DNA from: Methanocaldococcus jannaschii DSM 2661
GTDB taxonomy: Archaea > AGJL01 > Methanococci > Methanococcales > Methanocaldococcaceae
Assembly: GCF_000091665.1 (NCBI RefSeq)
Contig: NC_000909.1
Location: forward strand, 1,494,118 to 1,526,117
Direction: 5' to 3'
DNA: 32,000 nt
Shown here: piece after piece, positions 7,609 to 18,747 of the stretch
Layout: each line of letters opens with the position of its first letter
Numbering within the stretch: the first letter of the stretch is position 1
Notes under the pieces: generated by a model
What the model saw: only the letters and a program-made list of their open reading frames with translations
Database searches by the model: none
What the model was told of the DNA's origin: nothing
Position numbers and translations under genes: made by a program

Positions 7609-10381
7609 TGCATTAGAAAAAATAAACAATTTTTTCAAAGAGAAAAGCTGGATAAAGGTATTTTTAATTATTTTGATGTTGATGTTTGTAAGTTTTCAGT
7701 TGAGGGCTCAAACAGCGGATATGAAATTTGCCCAAGATAACGAATTTTTAAAAGATATGTTTTCAGATGAACATGGAAGGATGTATCTTTTAGCGTTAGA
7801 CCCTTACTACTACTTAAGATTAAGTGAAAATCTCTACAATAACGGACACTGTGGGGATACAATAAAAGTTGTTGATGGAAAAGAAACACCTTATGATTTA
7901 TATCAATACGCTCCTCCAGGACATCCACTGCCTTGGGAACCACCAGTTATCTGTTTAGCAACATTAGCTATCTACTATATATGGCATTCTATTGATTTGA
8001 CTGTAACCATTATGAATGCTGCCTTCTGGGTTCCAGCAGTGTTGGGGATGTTGTTGGGAATACCAATTTATTTCGTGGTTAGGAGAGTTACAAATAGTAA
8101 CATTGGAGGGATAGCTGGGGCTATAGCCCTAATATCGGCTCCTGGTTTATTATACAAAACATGTGCTGGATTTGCAGACACACCAATATTTGAAGTTCTA
8201 CCAATACTCTTTATAGTTTGGTTTATTCTTGAGTCAATACACAGCCAGGAAAAAACTGCATTATTTAAAAAGGATTTAAAGAATCCTATTTCTTTATTCG
8301 TAATCGCTGCATTAATAATCGAGTTAATAATTGGAGCTTACTTAAATATCGCTTCAGGAGAAAGTGTAGTTATCGCTTCAATATTATTTTATACAGTATC
8401 TTTAGCATTTATTTTAGCAGGTTTAATAATAGCAGGAATTAAAAAATTGAAAGGTAATGAATTAGAGTTTGAATTATTTGCTTTATTGGCTGTAATATTA
8501 ACAGCTGTGTCTCCAAAAATGTGGGGAGCTTGGTGGTATGGATTCGATGTAATAACCGCTTTCTTAGTAATATATATCATCGCCTTAGCATTATTAAAAT
8601 CACAGGTAAAAATAAAAGAGTTTATTAATATTGGAAACCTTAAAAACATTGTCTATCTATCCATATTTTACATATTTGGGTCATTTGTATTATTGGTAGC
8701 AATATATGGTATGGGGATAGCAATTTCACCAATTACTTCACCTCTGGGTTATAACCAAATACTTTCAACTTACACTCAAACAACTGGTTGGCCTAACGTT
8801 TATACAACCGTTGCAGAGCTTGCAAAACCAAGCTCATGGAGTGAGATATTTACAAATGCCATTGGTTCAGATACAATAGCAATTGTTGGAATACTTGGGA
8901 TACTTTTATCATTCTTATCTTTAAGATATGAAAAAGTTAAGTTGGATATAAAATATTCTATATTATTGGCTATTTGGTTAGCAGTAACTTTATATGCAGC
9001 AACAAAAGGAATTAGGTTTGCAGCTTTAGCAACTCCTCCATTGGCAATTGGTTTAGGGATATTTGTTGGGCAGTTAGAGAGATTCTTAAAAATGAAAAGC
9101 GATATTGCAATATTTGGTATTGGCATCCCTGCTGGAATATTTGGATTATTAATACTTTCAAAATACTCTGCAAAAATCTCTCAAATACTATTACCAACGA
9201 CTTATGTTCCTATAATTGCCTATGGATTTTTAATTGTCTTAGCCCTATTAGCTATCTACAAAATATCTGATATAATCTCAACATTAAATGACAAAAAAGA
9301 AACAATAATAAAAGTTTCTACATTACTACTTTGCATTGGAGTCGTTATACCTCCATTATCTGCCGTAGTTCCATTTTCTGTTGCCCCAACCTTCAACAAC
9401 GGATGGAAAGAAGGTTTAGATTGGATAAAGGCAAATACTCCAAACAACTCAGTTATAACCTGCTGGTGGGATAACGGGCACATCTACACTTATGAGGCAA
9501 GAAGAATGGTAACATTTGATGGAGGTAGTCAAAACTCTCCAAGAGCTTACTGGGTAGGAAGAGCTTTTGCGACATCAAACGAAAATCTATCTATCGGAAT
9601 AATTAGGATGTTAGCAACAAGTGGAGATGAAGCATTTAAAAAAGGCAGTGTTCTAATGAACTTCACTCACAACAATGTCTCAAAGACAGTTAAGATATTG
9701 AATGAAATATTGCCAGTAGATAGAAGTAAAGCTTATGATATATTAACTAAAAAATACGGGTTGAGTGATAAAAAAGCAAAATTAGTTCTAAATGCAACCC
9801 ATCCAGAACATCCAAATCCAGATTATTTAATAACATACAACAGAATGACAGATATTGCCCCAGTTTGGAGTATGTTTGGATTCTGGAATTTCTCTCTACC
9901 ACCAAACACTCCAAATGACAAGAGGGAAAAAGGAGCGTTCTTTAAAGGAACTGCCTACTATTTAGGAAATGGAACAATCTTAGCAAATGTAAATGTCTAT
10001 ACATATAGTTATGTCACATTAATAAATAGTACTAACATTTCAACAGCAATTGTTCAAAAAATAAATGGACAAGCAAAAATCATTGGAACATTTAAGATAC
10101 ACAAGTTGTATATTAAAACACCTTTGGGAGTTAAGGAACTTGTATTAAATAAAGATGGACAGTTATCAGAGTTTATTAGAATAGAAGCAGATGGAAGAGG
10201 GTATGCCTGGTTAGCAACAAGAAACTTAGAAGATAGTATCTACGCTAAATTACACTTCTTAGATGGTTATGGATTAAAGCATATAAAGCTGGTTAAAGCT
10301 ACAATAGACCCAACAGACTTTGGCATTCAGCCAGGATTTAAGATTTATAAGGTAGATTATGGAACTGATTATCTAAAATAA
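7601..10381 (+). CDS. aglB: Archaeal oligosaccharyltransferase AglB (STT3 family)
   Basis: Multi-TM N-terminal half followed by a soluble C-terminal domain. Has the catalytic WWDNGH variant of the WWDYG motif (nt 9464-9481). I prefer the ATG at 7601 because GGTGA lies at 7591-7595. The longest ORF starts at 7580. Confidence 0.9.
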   Translation: MSNALEKINNFFKEKSWIKVFLIILMLMFVSFQLRAQTADMKFAQDNEFLKDMFSDEHGRMYLLALDPYYYLRLSENLYNNGHCGDTIKVVDGKETPYDLYQYAPPGHPLPWEPPVICLATLAIYYIWHSIDLTVTIMNAAFWVPAVLGMLLGIPIYFVVRRVTNSNIGGIAGAIALISAPGLLYKTCAGFADTPIFEVLPILFIVWFILESIHSQEKTALFKKDLKNPISLFVIAALIIELIIGAYLNIASGESVVIASILFYTVSLAFILAGLIIAGIKKLKGNELEFELFALLAVILTAVSPKMWGAWWYGFDVITAFLVIYIIALALLKSQVKIKEFINIGNLKNIVYLSIFYIFGSFVLLVAIYGMGIAISPITSPLGYNQILSTYTQTTGWPNVYTTVAELAKPSSWSEIFTNAIGSDTIAIVGILGILLSFLSLRYEKVKLDIKYSILLAIWLAVTLYAATKGIRFAALATPPLAIGLGIFVGQLERFLKMKSDIAIFGIGIPAGIFGLLILSKYSAKISQILLPTTYVPIIAYGFLIVLALLAIYKISDIISTLNDKKETIIKVSTLLLCIGVVIPPLSAVVPFSVAPTFNNGWKEGLDWIKANTPNNSVITCWWDNGHIYTYEARRMVTFDGGSQNSPRAYWVGRAFATSNENLSIGIIRMLATSGDEAFKKGSVLMNFTHNNVSKTVKILNEILPVDRSKAYDILTKKYGLSDKKAKLVLNATHPEHPNPDYLITYNRMTDIAPVWSMFGFWNFSLPPNTPNDKREKGAFFKGTAYYLGNGTILANVNVYTYSYVTLINSTNISTAIVQKINGQAKIIGTFKIHKLYIKTPLGVKELVLNKDGQLSEFIRIEADGRGYAWLATRNLEDSIYAKLHFLDGYGLKHIKLVKATIDPTDFGIQPGFKIYKVDYGTDYLK

Positions 10382-10401
10382 ACTTTTTAAACTTTGATGA
10401 G

Positions 10402-11136
10402 TTAATAAATATCGAACAGCTCTCCCAAGGTTATTCTTTTATCTGTCTTGACTAACTCTGGAATTTTTCCTTTAATTCCTACCTTATCTTTTACAACAAC
10501 AAAAATTCCATCTATTTTTTTTATTTCATCCGCTTTTTCTAATGCATTGTTTATCATCTCTTCTTCATCTCTTCCTCTTGAAGCATTACATATAGCTGTT
10601 GCTGCAGCGTCCGCTATAGCAGAGCTCTTAGCAAAGACAGTAACAGCATCAGCCTCTCCAAAGCTTACTGAATGACCTACAGTTGCTGAAGAAGTGCAAA
10701 CACCATAGATATTTTTAATCTTCTCTTTTTTTAATCTAAATCCAACTTCTCCAGTAATCTTTGAATTTCCAGCATATAGGCCAATAATAACGTCTTTTTT
10801 AGCCCTTAAGCAGATATCTCCACCATTTTCAGCAATGATGTTTTTGGCATTGAGATTTTTAATTAACATCTCAGCTATTGCACCAGCAACACTTGCCATG
10901 GGTCCTACATTGGCAATTTCTCCAGCTATAGCCATTAATCTTACGATTTCTGGGGCATCATCTTCTACATCAACTGGAAAATATGATGTTAAAAAATAGG
11001 GATTTTTTAATATATACCTCTCTAACTCTAATCTATTTTTTAAAATAATCTCCTCCGCCTTTTTAAAATACCCTTTATCATCAACCTTTAAGAGTATATT
11101 TGTCTCTTTTATTATAATCCTTTTTTTGAACCACAT
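10402..11136 (-). CDS. Conserved archaeal UPF0280/ApbE-like family protein, function unknown
   Basis: Complete 244-aa ORF with non-low-complexity, Gly/Ala-rich composition (GPMASVAGAIAE, SFGEADAVTV). The family name is from memory only. Confidence 0.6.
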   Translation of the reverse strand: MWFKKRIIIKETNILLKVDDKGYFKKAEEIILKNRLELERYILKNPYFLTSYFPVDVEDDAPEIVRLMAIAGEIANVGPMASVAGAIAEMLIKNLNAKNIIAENGGDICLRAKKDVIIGLYAGNSKITGEVGFRLKKEKIKNIYGVCTSSATVGHSVSFGEADAVTVFAKSSAIADAAATAICNASRGRDEEEMINNALEKADEIKKIDGIFVVVKDKVGIKGKIPELVKTDKRITLGELFDIY

Positions 11137-11155
11137 AATAATCCTTAAAATTATT

Positions 11156-11485
11156 TTATTTCAAAAATTCTCTGTAATATCTCTCTGCTATATCTCCAAA
11201 CACTGGAAATTTATATCTTTCCCCATTGTAGGCTTTAATCATCCCAACAATCCATAGGATAATTATGGCTATGTTTATTAAAGTGGAAGCTACCCATCCA
11301 ATTATTGGAATTGCAGATACAATTATGGCAATTAAATTTAAACTTAAAAAGGTTATAAATGACTGCATAGCGTGAAATCTAATAAAATCATCTTCCCTCT
11401 CTAACAACAAAAATATCAATCCACTAATCCAAAATAACAAATAGCATAAAACTCCCTCCATATTCCTATCCAATCCCAAAGCCAT
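11156..11485 (-). CDS. Small membrane protein, DUF4870-like
   Basis: Three TM segments and the EREDDFIRFHAMQS motif. I prefer the ATG at 11485 (MALGLDRN...), which is preceded by GGTGAG. The longer ORF reaching 11578 translates AT-rich promoter-like sequence. Confidence 0.65.
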   Translation of the reverse strand: MALGLDRNMEGVLCYLLFWISGLIFLLLEREDDFIRFHAMQSFITFLSLNLIAIIVSAIPIIGWVASTLINIAIIILWIVGMIKAYNGERYKFPVFGDIAERYYREFLK

Positions 11486-11622
11486 CAATCTCACCAAAAA
11501 ATTTAAGAGATAGCTTTTCAAAATATTTTGGAATAAATGATACTTAATGAACACCTTACTTATAAGATAAATGTTCAAAGTTTCCTTAGAATCTTATTAA
11601 GTTTTGAAAAATAAATTATAAC

Positions 11623-12288
<666 letters not shown>

Positions 12289-12301
12289 TCACCGTGAGAG
12301 C

Positions 12302-12805
12302 ATGATTATTCAGATAGAAGAGTATTTTATAGGGATGATATTTAAAGGTAATCAATTGGTTAGAAATACAATCCCTTTAAGAAGGGAAGAGATATTTAAT
12401 TTCATGGATGGGGAGGTTGTTAGCAATCCAGAAGATGAACATTTAAAAGTAGCTGAAATTATATTAAAATTATATTTTGCAGAAATTGATGATAAAAAAG
12501 TGAGGGAATTAATAAGTTATAAATTGGAAGTTCCAGAATTTACAAAAAAGGTTTTAGATATTGTTAAAGACATAGAATTTGGGAAAACCTTAACTTATGG
12601 AGATATTGCTAAAAAACTAAACACTTCACCAAGAGCTGTTGGAATGGCTTTAAAAAGAAATCCCTTACCTTTAATAATTCCATGTCACAGAGTTGTTGCT
12701 AAAAATTCATTGGGAGGGTATTCCTATGGATTAGACAAGAAAAAATTTATCTTAGAGAGAGAAAGATTAAATATGGTGTCTTTCAAATTTAATAAAGTCT
12801 ATTAA
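12302..12805 (+). CDS. ogt: Methylated-DNA--protein-cysteine methyltransferase
   Basis: Active-site IIPCHRVV (Cys codon nt 12683-12685). LTYGDIAKKL and GGYSYG are also present. Confidence 0.9.
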   Translation: MIIQIEEYFIGMIFKGNQLVRNTIPLRREEIFNFMDGEVVSNPEDEHLKVAEIILKLYFAEIDDKKVRELISYKLEVPEFTKKVLDIVKDIEFGKTLTYGDIAKKLNTSPRAVGMALKRNPLPLIIPCHRVVAKNSLGGYSYGLDKKKFILERERLNMVSFKFNKVY

Positions 12806-12983
12806 TGAATTTTGAACGCTTTCATAAAGGGGGTGTTTATTGGTCCTTAGTATTTCAAAATGTTTTAAAAGACTCTATAAAAAGAATTTAAAATAATACT
12901 AAAATTAAAATAGAATTTAATAAATTACACAACATTCATTGATTAAAATTATTCAAAGGCTTTACTAAAGGTTAAGTGAGAAC

Positions 12984-13454
12984 ATGATAATAAGAAAATT
13001 CTCATCTAAAGATTTAGATGCTGTTGAAGAAATTGAGAGAGAGGCATTTAAAACCCCTTATCCAACCAGCTTAATTTTAGGATTTTGGTCAATGTATCCA
13101 AACTGTTTTTATGTGGCAGAGATTGATGGGAGGGTTGTTGGGTATATTTTGGGAAGTATGGATTGGGGGAATGGACACATTATCTCATTGGCTGTAAAAA
13201 AAGAATGTAGAGGGCTTGGAATTGGAACAGCTTTACTAAAAACACTTGAAAACTATTATTTCAATATAGCTAACTGTAACTACATAGTTTTGGAGGTTAG
13301 GGTTTCAAATGTCCTGGCGAGAAGATTTTATTATAGGATGGGTTATAGAGATAGAAAGCTTCTTCCAAAATACTATGAAGATGGGGAAGACGCCATATTG
13401 ATGATAAAAAAGAAACCAAATGCTAAAGGGCCATTAATAATAACGTTGTGGTGA
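12984..13454 (+). CDS. rimI: GNAT N-acetyltransferase, RimI/Ard1-like
   Basis: Acetyl-CoA binding motif RGLGIGTALL. LEVRVSNVLARRFYYRMGY is also present. 156 aa. Confidence 0.75.
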   Translation: MIIRKFSSKDLDAVEEIEREAFKTPYPTSLILGFWSMYPNCFYVAEIDGRVVGYILGSMDWGNGHIISLAVKKECRGLGIGTALLKTLENYYFNIANCNYIVLEVRVSNVLARRFYYRMGYRDRKLLPKYYEDGEDAILMIKKKPNAKGPLIITLW

Positions 13455-14725
13455 TTCTATTGCAATTTTATAAAGAGGAGAATTTTAAAAAAACAGAGAT
13501 TGGAGAGATTCCAGAGGATTGGGAGGTTAGGGAATTAAAAGACATTTTAGAGGTTATCAGAAATGGACTAACTGCTAAGCAAAATAAAGATAAAATAGGT
13601 TATCCAATAACAAGAATTGAAACGATTTCTGATAGTAAAATAGACATAACAAAATTAGGGTATGTTGAAGATATTAAACAAGAGGATATTGCTAAATATA
13701 GATTAATTATCGGGGATATTTTATTCAGTCATATAAATAGTGAGGAACATATTGGAAAAGTAGCAATTTATGAAGGGAAACCCGAATTTTTACTTCATGG
13801 AATGAATTTACTACTTCTTAGACCTAACAAAAACAAAATTGAGCCTTATTATTTATTATATTTATTGAGGCATTTTAAACAAAAAAATATATTTAAATAT
13901 ATAGCAAAAAGAGCAGTTAATCAATCATCAATAAATCAAACACAACTAAAACATTTAAAAATCCCCCTCCCTCCCTTAGAAGAACAGAAACAAATAGCAA
14001 AAATATTAAGTGACTTTGATAACCTAATAGGAACAATAAATAAGCAGATTGAAGTATTAAATAAGGCAAAAAAGGGGATGATGAAAAAATTATTTACTAA
14101 AGGAGTTTTTGAGCATAAAAGTTTTAAAAAATCTGAAATTGGGGAGATTCCAGAGGATTGGGAGGTTGTTGAGTTAGGAAATGAAAAATATTTCAAAATT
14201 ATAATGGGACAATCACCACCATCATCATCCTATAATAAAGAAGGTGAAGGAGTTCCATTTTTACAAGGAAAAGCAGAATTTGGAAATATTTATCCTAATC
14301 CAGTATTATACACAAATAAACCTTTAAAAGTCGTTGATGATGAAGATATTTTAATTTCAGTTAGGGCTCCAGTTGGAGATGTAAATATAGCACCGTTTAA
14401 ACTTTGTATCGGTAGAGGATTAGCAGGAATAAAATCAAATAAAGAAAAAGTAGATAATTTCTTTGTATTTTATTATTTGAGTTATATAAAGCCAAAAATA
14501 GAATATTTAGGAGGAGGTGCAGTATTCAAAGCAATAACTAAAAAAGATTTAGAAAGTATAAAAATCCCCCTCCCACCATTAGAAGAACAAAAAGCAATAG
14601 CTAAAAGATTAAAAGCCATTGATGATTTAATAGAAATAAAAAGAAAAGAAAAAGAACAAATAGAAAAAGCAAAAAAGAAAATAATGAATCTACTACTAAC
14701 TGGAAAAATAAGAGTAAAAACCTAA
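13448..14725 (+). CDS. hsdS: Type I restriction-modification specificity subunit HsdS (solitary)
   Basis: Has the two-TRD architecture with duplicated conserved regions. FKK(T/S)EIGEIPEDWEV occurs twice and IPLPPLEEQK.IAK followed by a coiled-coil occurs twice. The GTG start overlaps the upstream GNAT gene by 7 nt. Confidence 0.9.
   Translation: MVILLQFYKEENFKKTEIGEIPEDWEVRELKDILEVIRNGLTAKQNKDKIGYPITRIETISDSKIDITKLGYVEDIKQEDIAKYRLIIGDILFSHINSEEHIGKVAIYEGKPEFLLHGMNLLLLRPNKNKIEPYYLLYLLRHFKQKNIFKYIAKRAVNQSSINQTQLKHLKIPLPPLEEQKQIAKILSDFDNLIGTINKQIEVLNKAKKGMMKKLFTKGVFEHKSFKKSEIGEIPEDWEVVELGNEKYFKIIMGQSPPSSSYNKEGEGVPFLQGKAEFGNIYPNPVLYTNKPLKVVDDEDILISVRAPVGDVNIAPFKLCIGRGLAGIKSNKEKVDNFFVFYYLSYIKPKIEYLGGGAVFKAITKKDLESIKIPLPPLEEQKAIAKRLKAIDDLIEIKRKEKEQIEKAKKKIMNLLLTGKIRVKT
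13499..14167 (+). repeat. Intragenic direct repeat pair in hsdS (N-terminal conserved segment of each half)
   Basis: ATTGGAGAGATTCCAGAGGATTGGGAGGTT at 13499-13528 versus 14138-14167. 29 of 30 nt are identical and the offset is 639 nt. Confidence 0.9.
13957..14601 (+). repeat. Intragenic direct repeat pair in hsdS (central and distal conserved regions)
   Basis: 13957-13998 versus 14560-14601, with 37 of 42 nt identical by hand alignment. This includes the identical 15-mer AAAAATCCCCCTCCC. Both copies encode IPLPPLEEQK. Confidence 0.85.
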
Positions 14726-14759
14726 ACAATATCATTACTTATTCATATAGGTGATTTAA

Positions 14760-15473
14760 ATGATAATAATCCCTGCAGTTGATTTAAAAGATAAAAAGTG
14801 CGTTCAGCTAATTCAAGGAGACCCAAATAAAAAGCATTTGGAACTAAACAATCCAGTAGAAGTTGCTAAAAAATTTGTAGATGAAGGGGCTGAGTATCTA
14901 CATATAATCGATTTAGATGCCGCATTTGGAACAGGAAATAATAGAGACGTTATTAAGAACATTATAAAAGAGGTTAATGTTCCAGTTGAGGTTGGAGGAG
15001 GAATTAGAAATTTAGAGATAGCAAAGGAATTAATTAGCTTGGGAGTTGATAGAGTTATAGTGGGAACTAAGGCAATTTTAGAACCAAAATTCATAGATGA
15101 TTTAAATAAAGAGATTGGAAAAGATAAGATAGTTTTAGCTGTAGAATGTAAAGAGGGAAAGGTTGTTATTAAAGGATGGAAGGAAAAAGTAGATAAAACT
15201 CCAATAGAAGTTATTAAGGAATTTGAAGATAAGGTTGGCTATATATTATTTACAAATGTAGATGTTGAGGGCTTATTAAAAGGAATAAATGTTGATATAA
15301 TTAAAGAGTTAATTGAAAAGACTGATATTCCTATCATCTACTCTGGTGGAATTACAACCTTAGAAGACATAAAAGCTTTAAAAGAACTTGGTATTTATGG
15401 AGTTGTTATTGGTTCAGCACTATATAAAGGTTTAATTGATTTAAAAAAGGCGTTAGAGATAGTTAAAAATTAA
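14760..15473 (+). CDS. hisA: ProFAR isomerase HisA
   Basis: MIIIPAVDLKDKKCVQL, VEVGGGIR, IYSGGI and VVIGSALY give the (beta/alpha)8 HisA pattern. Confidence 0.9.
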   Translation: MIIIPAVDLKDKKCVQLIQGDPNKKHLELNNPVEVAKKFVDEGAEYLHIIDLDAAFGTGNNRDVIKNIIKEVNVPVEVGGGIRNLEIAKELISLGVDRVIVGTKAILEPKFIDDLNKEIGKDKIVLAVECKEGKVVIKGWKEKVDKTPIEVIKEFEDKVGYILFTNVDVEGLLKGINVDIIKELIEKTDIPIIYSGGITTLEDIKALKELGIYGVVIGSALYKGLIDLKKALEIVKN

Positions 15474-15484
15474 GATAGGATTTT

Positions 15485-17413
15485 TTATTGCAAATCAACA
15501 TATATGTCTCTTCCTTCATCAATTGCTTCTAAAATCTCTTTTCCTACCTTTGTTTTTTTGTTTATCCTCACTGTCCCGTCATTTCTAACAGTTACTGTTG
15601 TTAATAACTTCCCATCTATGTATATCCTTATGTTTTCTCCTGCAAAGTCCTCTCCAACATCCACGACCACATATTTATCTGTCTCATAAATTCTTGTTGA
15701 TTCAAGCTCATTTACATATTCATACTTTCTATATATCCTTTCCATGTCTTTTTCTTCTTCTTTCTCCTTTTCTTTAACTGAAATTTTTAATCCAAGCATA
15801 TCTTCCAATTTTGATATCTCTTTTCCACCCTTTCCTATAATAGCTCCTATATACTTCTCTGGAACAATTAAATCAATTGAGTTGTCTCCAGTAACCTTTA
15901 CCATAGGCTTAGCTTTCCTTGGTAGAAGTTTTTTCAATATCTCCTCCAACTTCTCTTCAGCATATCCATATATTGGGGCTTTTTTTCCACCTTCTTCTTT
16001 AATTGGCATAACCACAACTTGTTCTCCATAGGTGTAGATTTCATACTCAACTCTTCCAGTCTCAAAGTCCTTAACTTCAATAACAGGCCTTGCTAAATCT
16101 TCTTCAACCATTCCATAAGGCACTTTAACTGTGAAGTCAATCTCATAAACCTTCTGTATCTTTCCATCTTTTATAAAGATTACAGTATCTACAACTTGTG
16201 GAATAACTCCAAGCTCAACCCTTCCAATCAACCTTTGGATAGCATCTATTGGTTTTGAAGCATGAACAACCCCAACCATTCCAACTCCAGCCATTCTCAT
16301 GTCTGCAAATATCTCAAAGTCTCTTGTCTTTCTAACTTCGTCATAGATTGTGTAATCAGGTCTAACCAATAATAGGATATCACATGTCTTCTCCATATCT
16401 CCCTCTAATGGTGCATATTGAGTTATCTCCTTGCTAACTTGCAAATCTCTTGGACTTTCCATTGTCTTAACTATTTTTCCTTGGCTTCTATAGAACTCTG
16501 CCAAAGCCGCTACAAACGTTGATTTTCCACTTCCTGGAGGACCAGAAACAAAGATACCCTCTGCCCTCTCCTTTAATCTCTCCATCAACTTATCTGACAA
16601 TTCATAATCCTCTAATGAAGCTTTAACTACTGGTCTAACTGCTGTAACCTCTAAAGCCTCAGAAAATGGCGGTCTTGCAATTGAAATTCTAATATTTCCT
16701 AATTGGATAACTGTAGCTCCTTTTCTTTGAATTTCAAAGAATCCATTATTCTGTTCTGCATACTTTATAATATTATCAATTATATCTTCCATCTCTTCTT
16801 TAGTCAGTTCTTTATCCCCTATTGGAACAAGCTTAACTTCTCCAGGCTTACCTTTTTTAGCATAAGGCAAACATCCCTCTTTTAAATGCACAGACATTGT
16901 TTCTTCATCGAAGTATTTATCCAATACAAGTTCAACTTCCTCTTCTGCAGCCTCTAAGAAGTATGCTTCAATACCTTGTGCCTTAGCTAAGTTGTATTGA
17001 ATCCAATCACTTGTTAATAATATAGAGTTTGTTTCTTTAGCTACTTTTCTAATCATTGCATCAATTTCTCCACTTTTTGCTAAAAATATCTCCTCTCTTG
17101 TAGGTCTTTCTCCATAGTATTCAACTTTAATGTTATGCTCACTTGCTTTTTCTATTAGTTTTCTAAGCTCTTCTATCCCTTTATATCCTATCTCTCTACC
17201 CATGTTTGCCTGATACTCTAATTCAGAAACCACAGCTTCAGGAATTATTATTGTAGCATCTTTAAGCTTACCTCTCTCAATTAGCTCTGTTATTCTACCA
17301 TCTATAACGACACAGGTATCGACACAAACTTTTTTTCCAATTAAATCTAATTCATCAATAGATTTTGTTTCTAACTTTTTCCTCTCTTCAAGATTCATAA
17401 ATGTCACCTTCAA
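15485..17413 (-). CDS. PIN domain / PilT-like ATPase / KH domain protein (archaeal PINA-type)
   Basis: N-terminal PIN-like VDTCVVIDGRI. Walker A GPPGSGKST. C-terminal KH GXXG IGAIIGKGGKEISKLE. 642 aa. Confidence 0.8.
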   Translation of the reverse strand: MKVTFMNLEERKKLETKSIDELDLIGKKVCVDTCVVIDGRITELIERGKLKDATIIIPEAVVSELEYQANMGREIGYKGIEELRKLIEKASEHNIKVEYYGERPTREEIFLAKSGEIDAMIRKVAKETNSILLTSDWIQYNLAKAQGIEAYFLEAAEEEVELVLDKYFDEETMSVHLKEGCLPYAKKGKPGEVKLVPIGDKELTKEEMEDIIDNIIKYAEQNNGFFEIQRKGATVIQLGNIRISIARPPFSEALEVTAVRPVVKASLEDYELSDKLMERLKERAEGIFVSGPPGSGKSTFVAALAEFYRSQGKIVKTMESPRDLQVSKEITQYAPLEGDMEKTCDILLLVRPDYTIYDEVRKTRDFEIFADMRMAGVGMVGVVHASKPIDAIQRLIGRVELGVIPQVVDTVIFIKDGKIQKVYEIDFTVKVPYGMVEEDLARPVIEVKDFETGRVEYEIYTYGEQVVVMPIKEEGGKKAPIYGYAEEKLEEILKKLLPRKAKPMVKVTGDNSIDLIVPEKYIGAIIGKGGKEISKLEDMLGLKISVKEKEKEEEKDMERIYRKYEYVNELESTRIYETDKYVVVDVGEDFAGENIRIYIDGKLLTTVTVRNDGTVRINKKTKVGKEILEAIDEGRDIYVDLQ

Positions 17414-17655
17414 ATTAAACTTATAATATGTTTAGAATTTAAGATAATGATTTGAAGAATTACAATATTTGTGATAAACTTCCTAATTATTATTTATATT
17501 ATTTAAATGATTTGGCATTTAAACGTTTTTTCTTGAAATTAAATATTTTTTTAGATAAATTAATACCCCCATCAAAAATCTTTACTCCTATAAATATTTT
17601 TCGATTTGCGGTAAATAGAAAACTTAATTACTACCATAAATTGATAATATAATAA

Positions 17656-18684
<1,029 letters not shown>

Positions 18685-18695
18685 ATTAACTTAAC

Positions 18696-18720
18696 TTTTC
18701 TTTTTTTATTTTAATTTTTT
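18696..18720 (+). terminator. Oligo-T tracts downstream of mer (archaeal-type terminator candidate)
   Basis: TTTTCTTTTTTTATTTTAATTTTTT begins 12 nt after the mer stop codon. Archaeal termination typically uses oligo-T runs. Confidence 0.5.
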
Positions 18721-18747
18721 ATATTTTTTGTTTTATTTGGTGATAGT

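Noticed and set aside
11486-11578. N-terminal extension of the DUF4870-like membrane protein ORF
   Set aside because: The extension translates AT-rich promoter-like sequence. An internal ATG at 11485 has a GGTGAG RBS and begins just before the first TM segment.
17452-17652. 66-aa ORF in the 275-bp region between the PINA-type gene and mer
   Set aside because: It has a TTG start, no RBS, and a low-complexity N/Y/L/K/F composition. That composition is what translating an AT-rich promoter region gives. This is most likely the mer promoter and 5' region.
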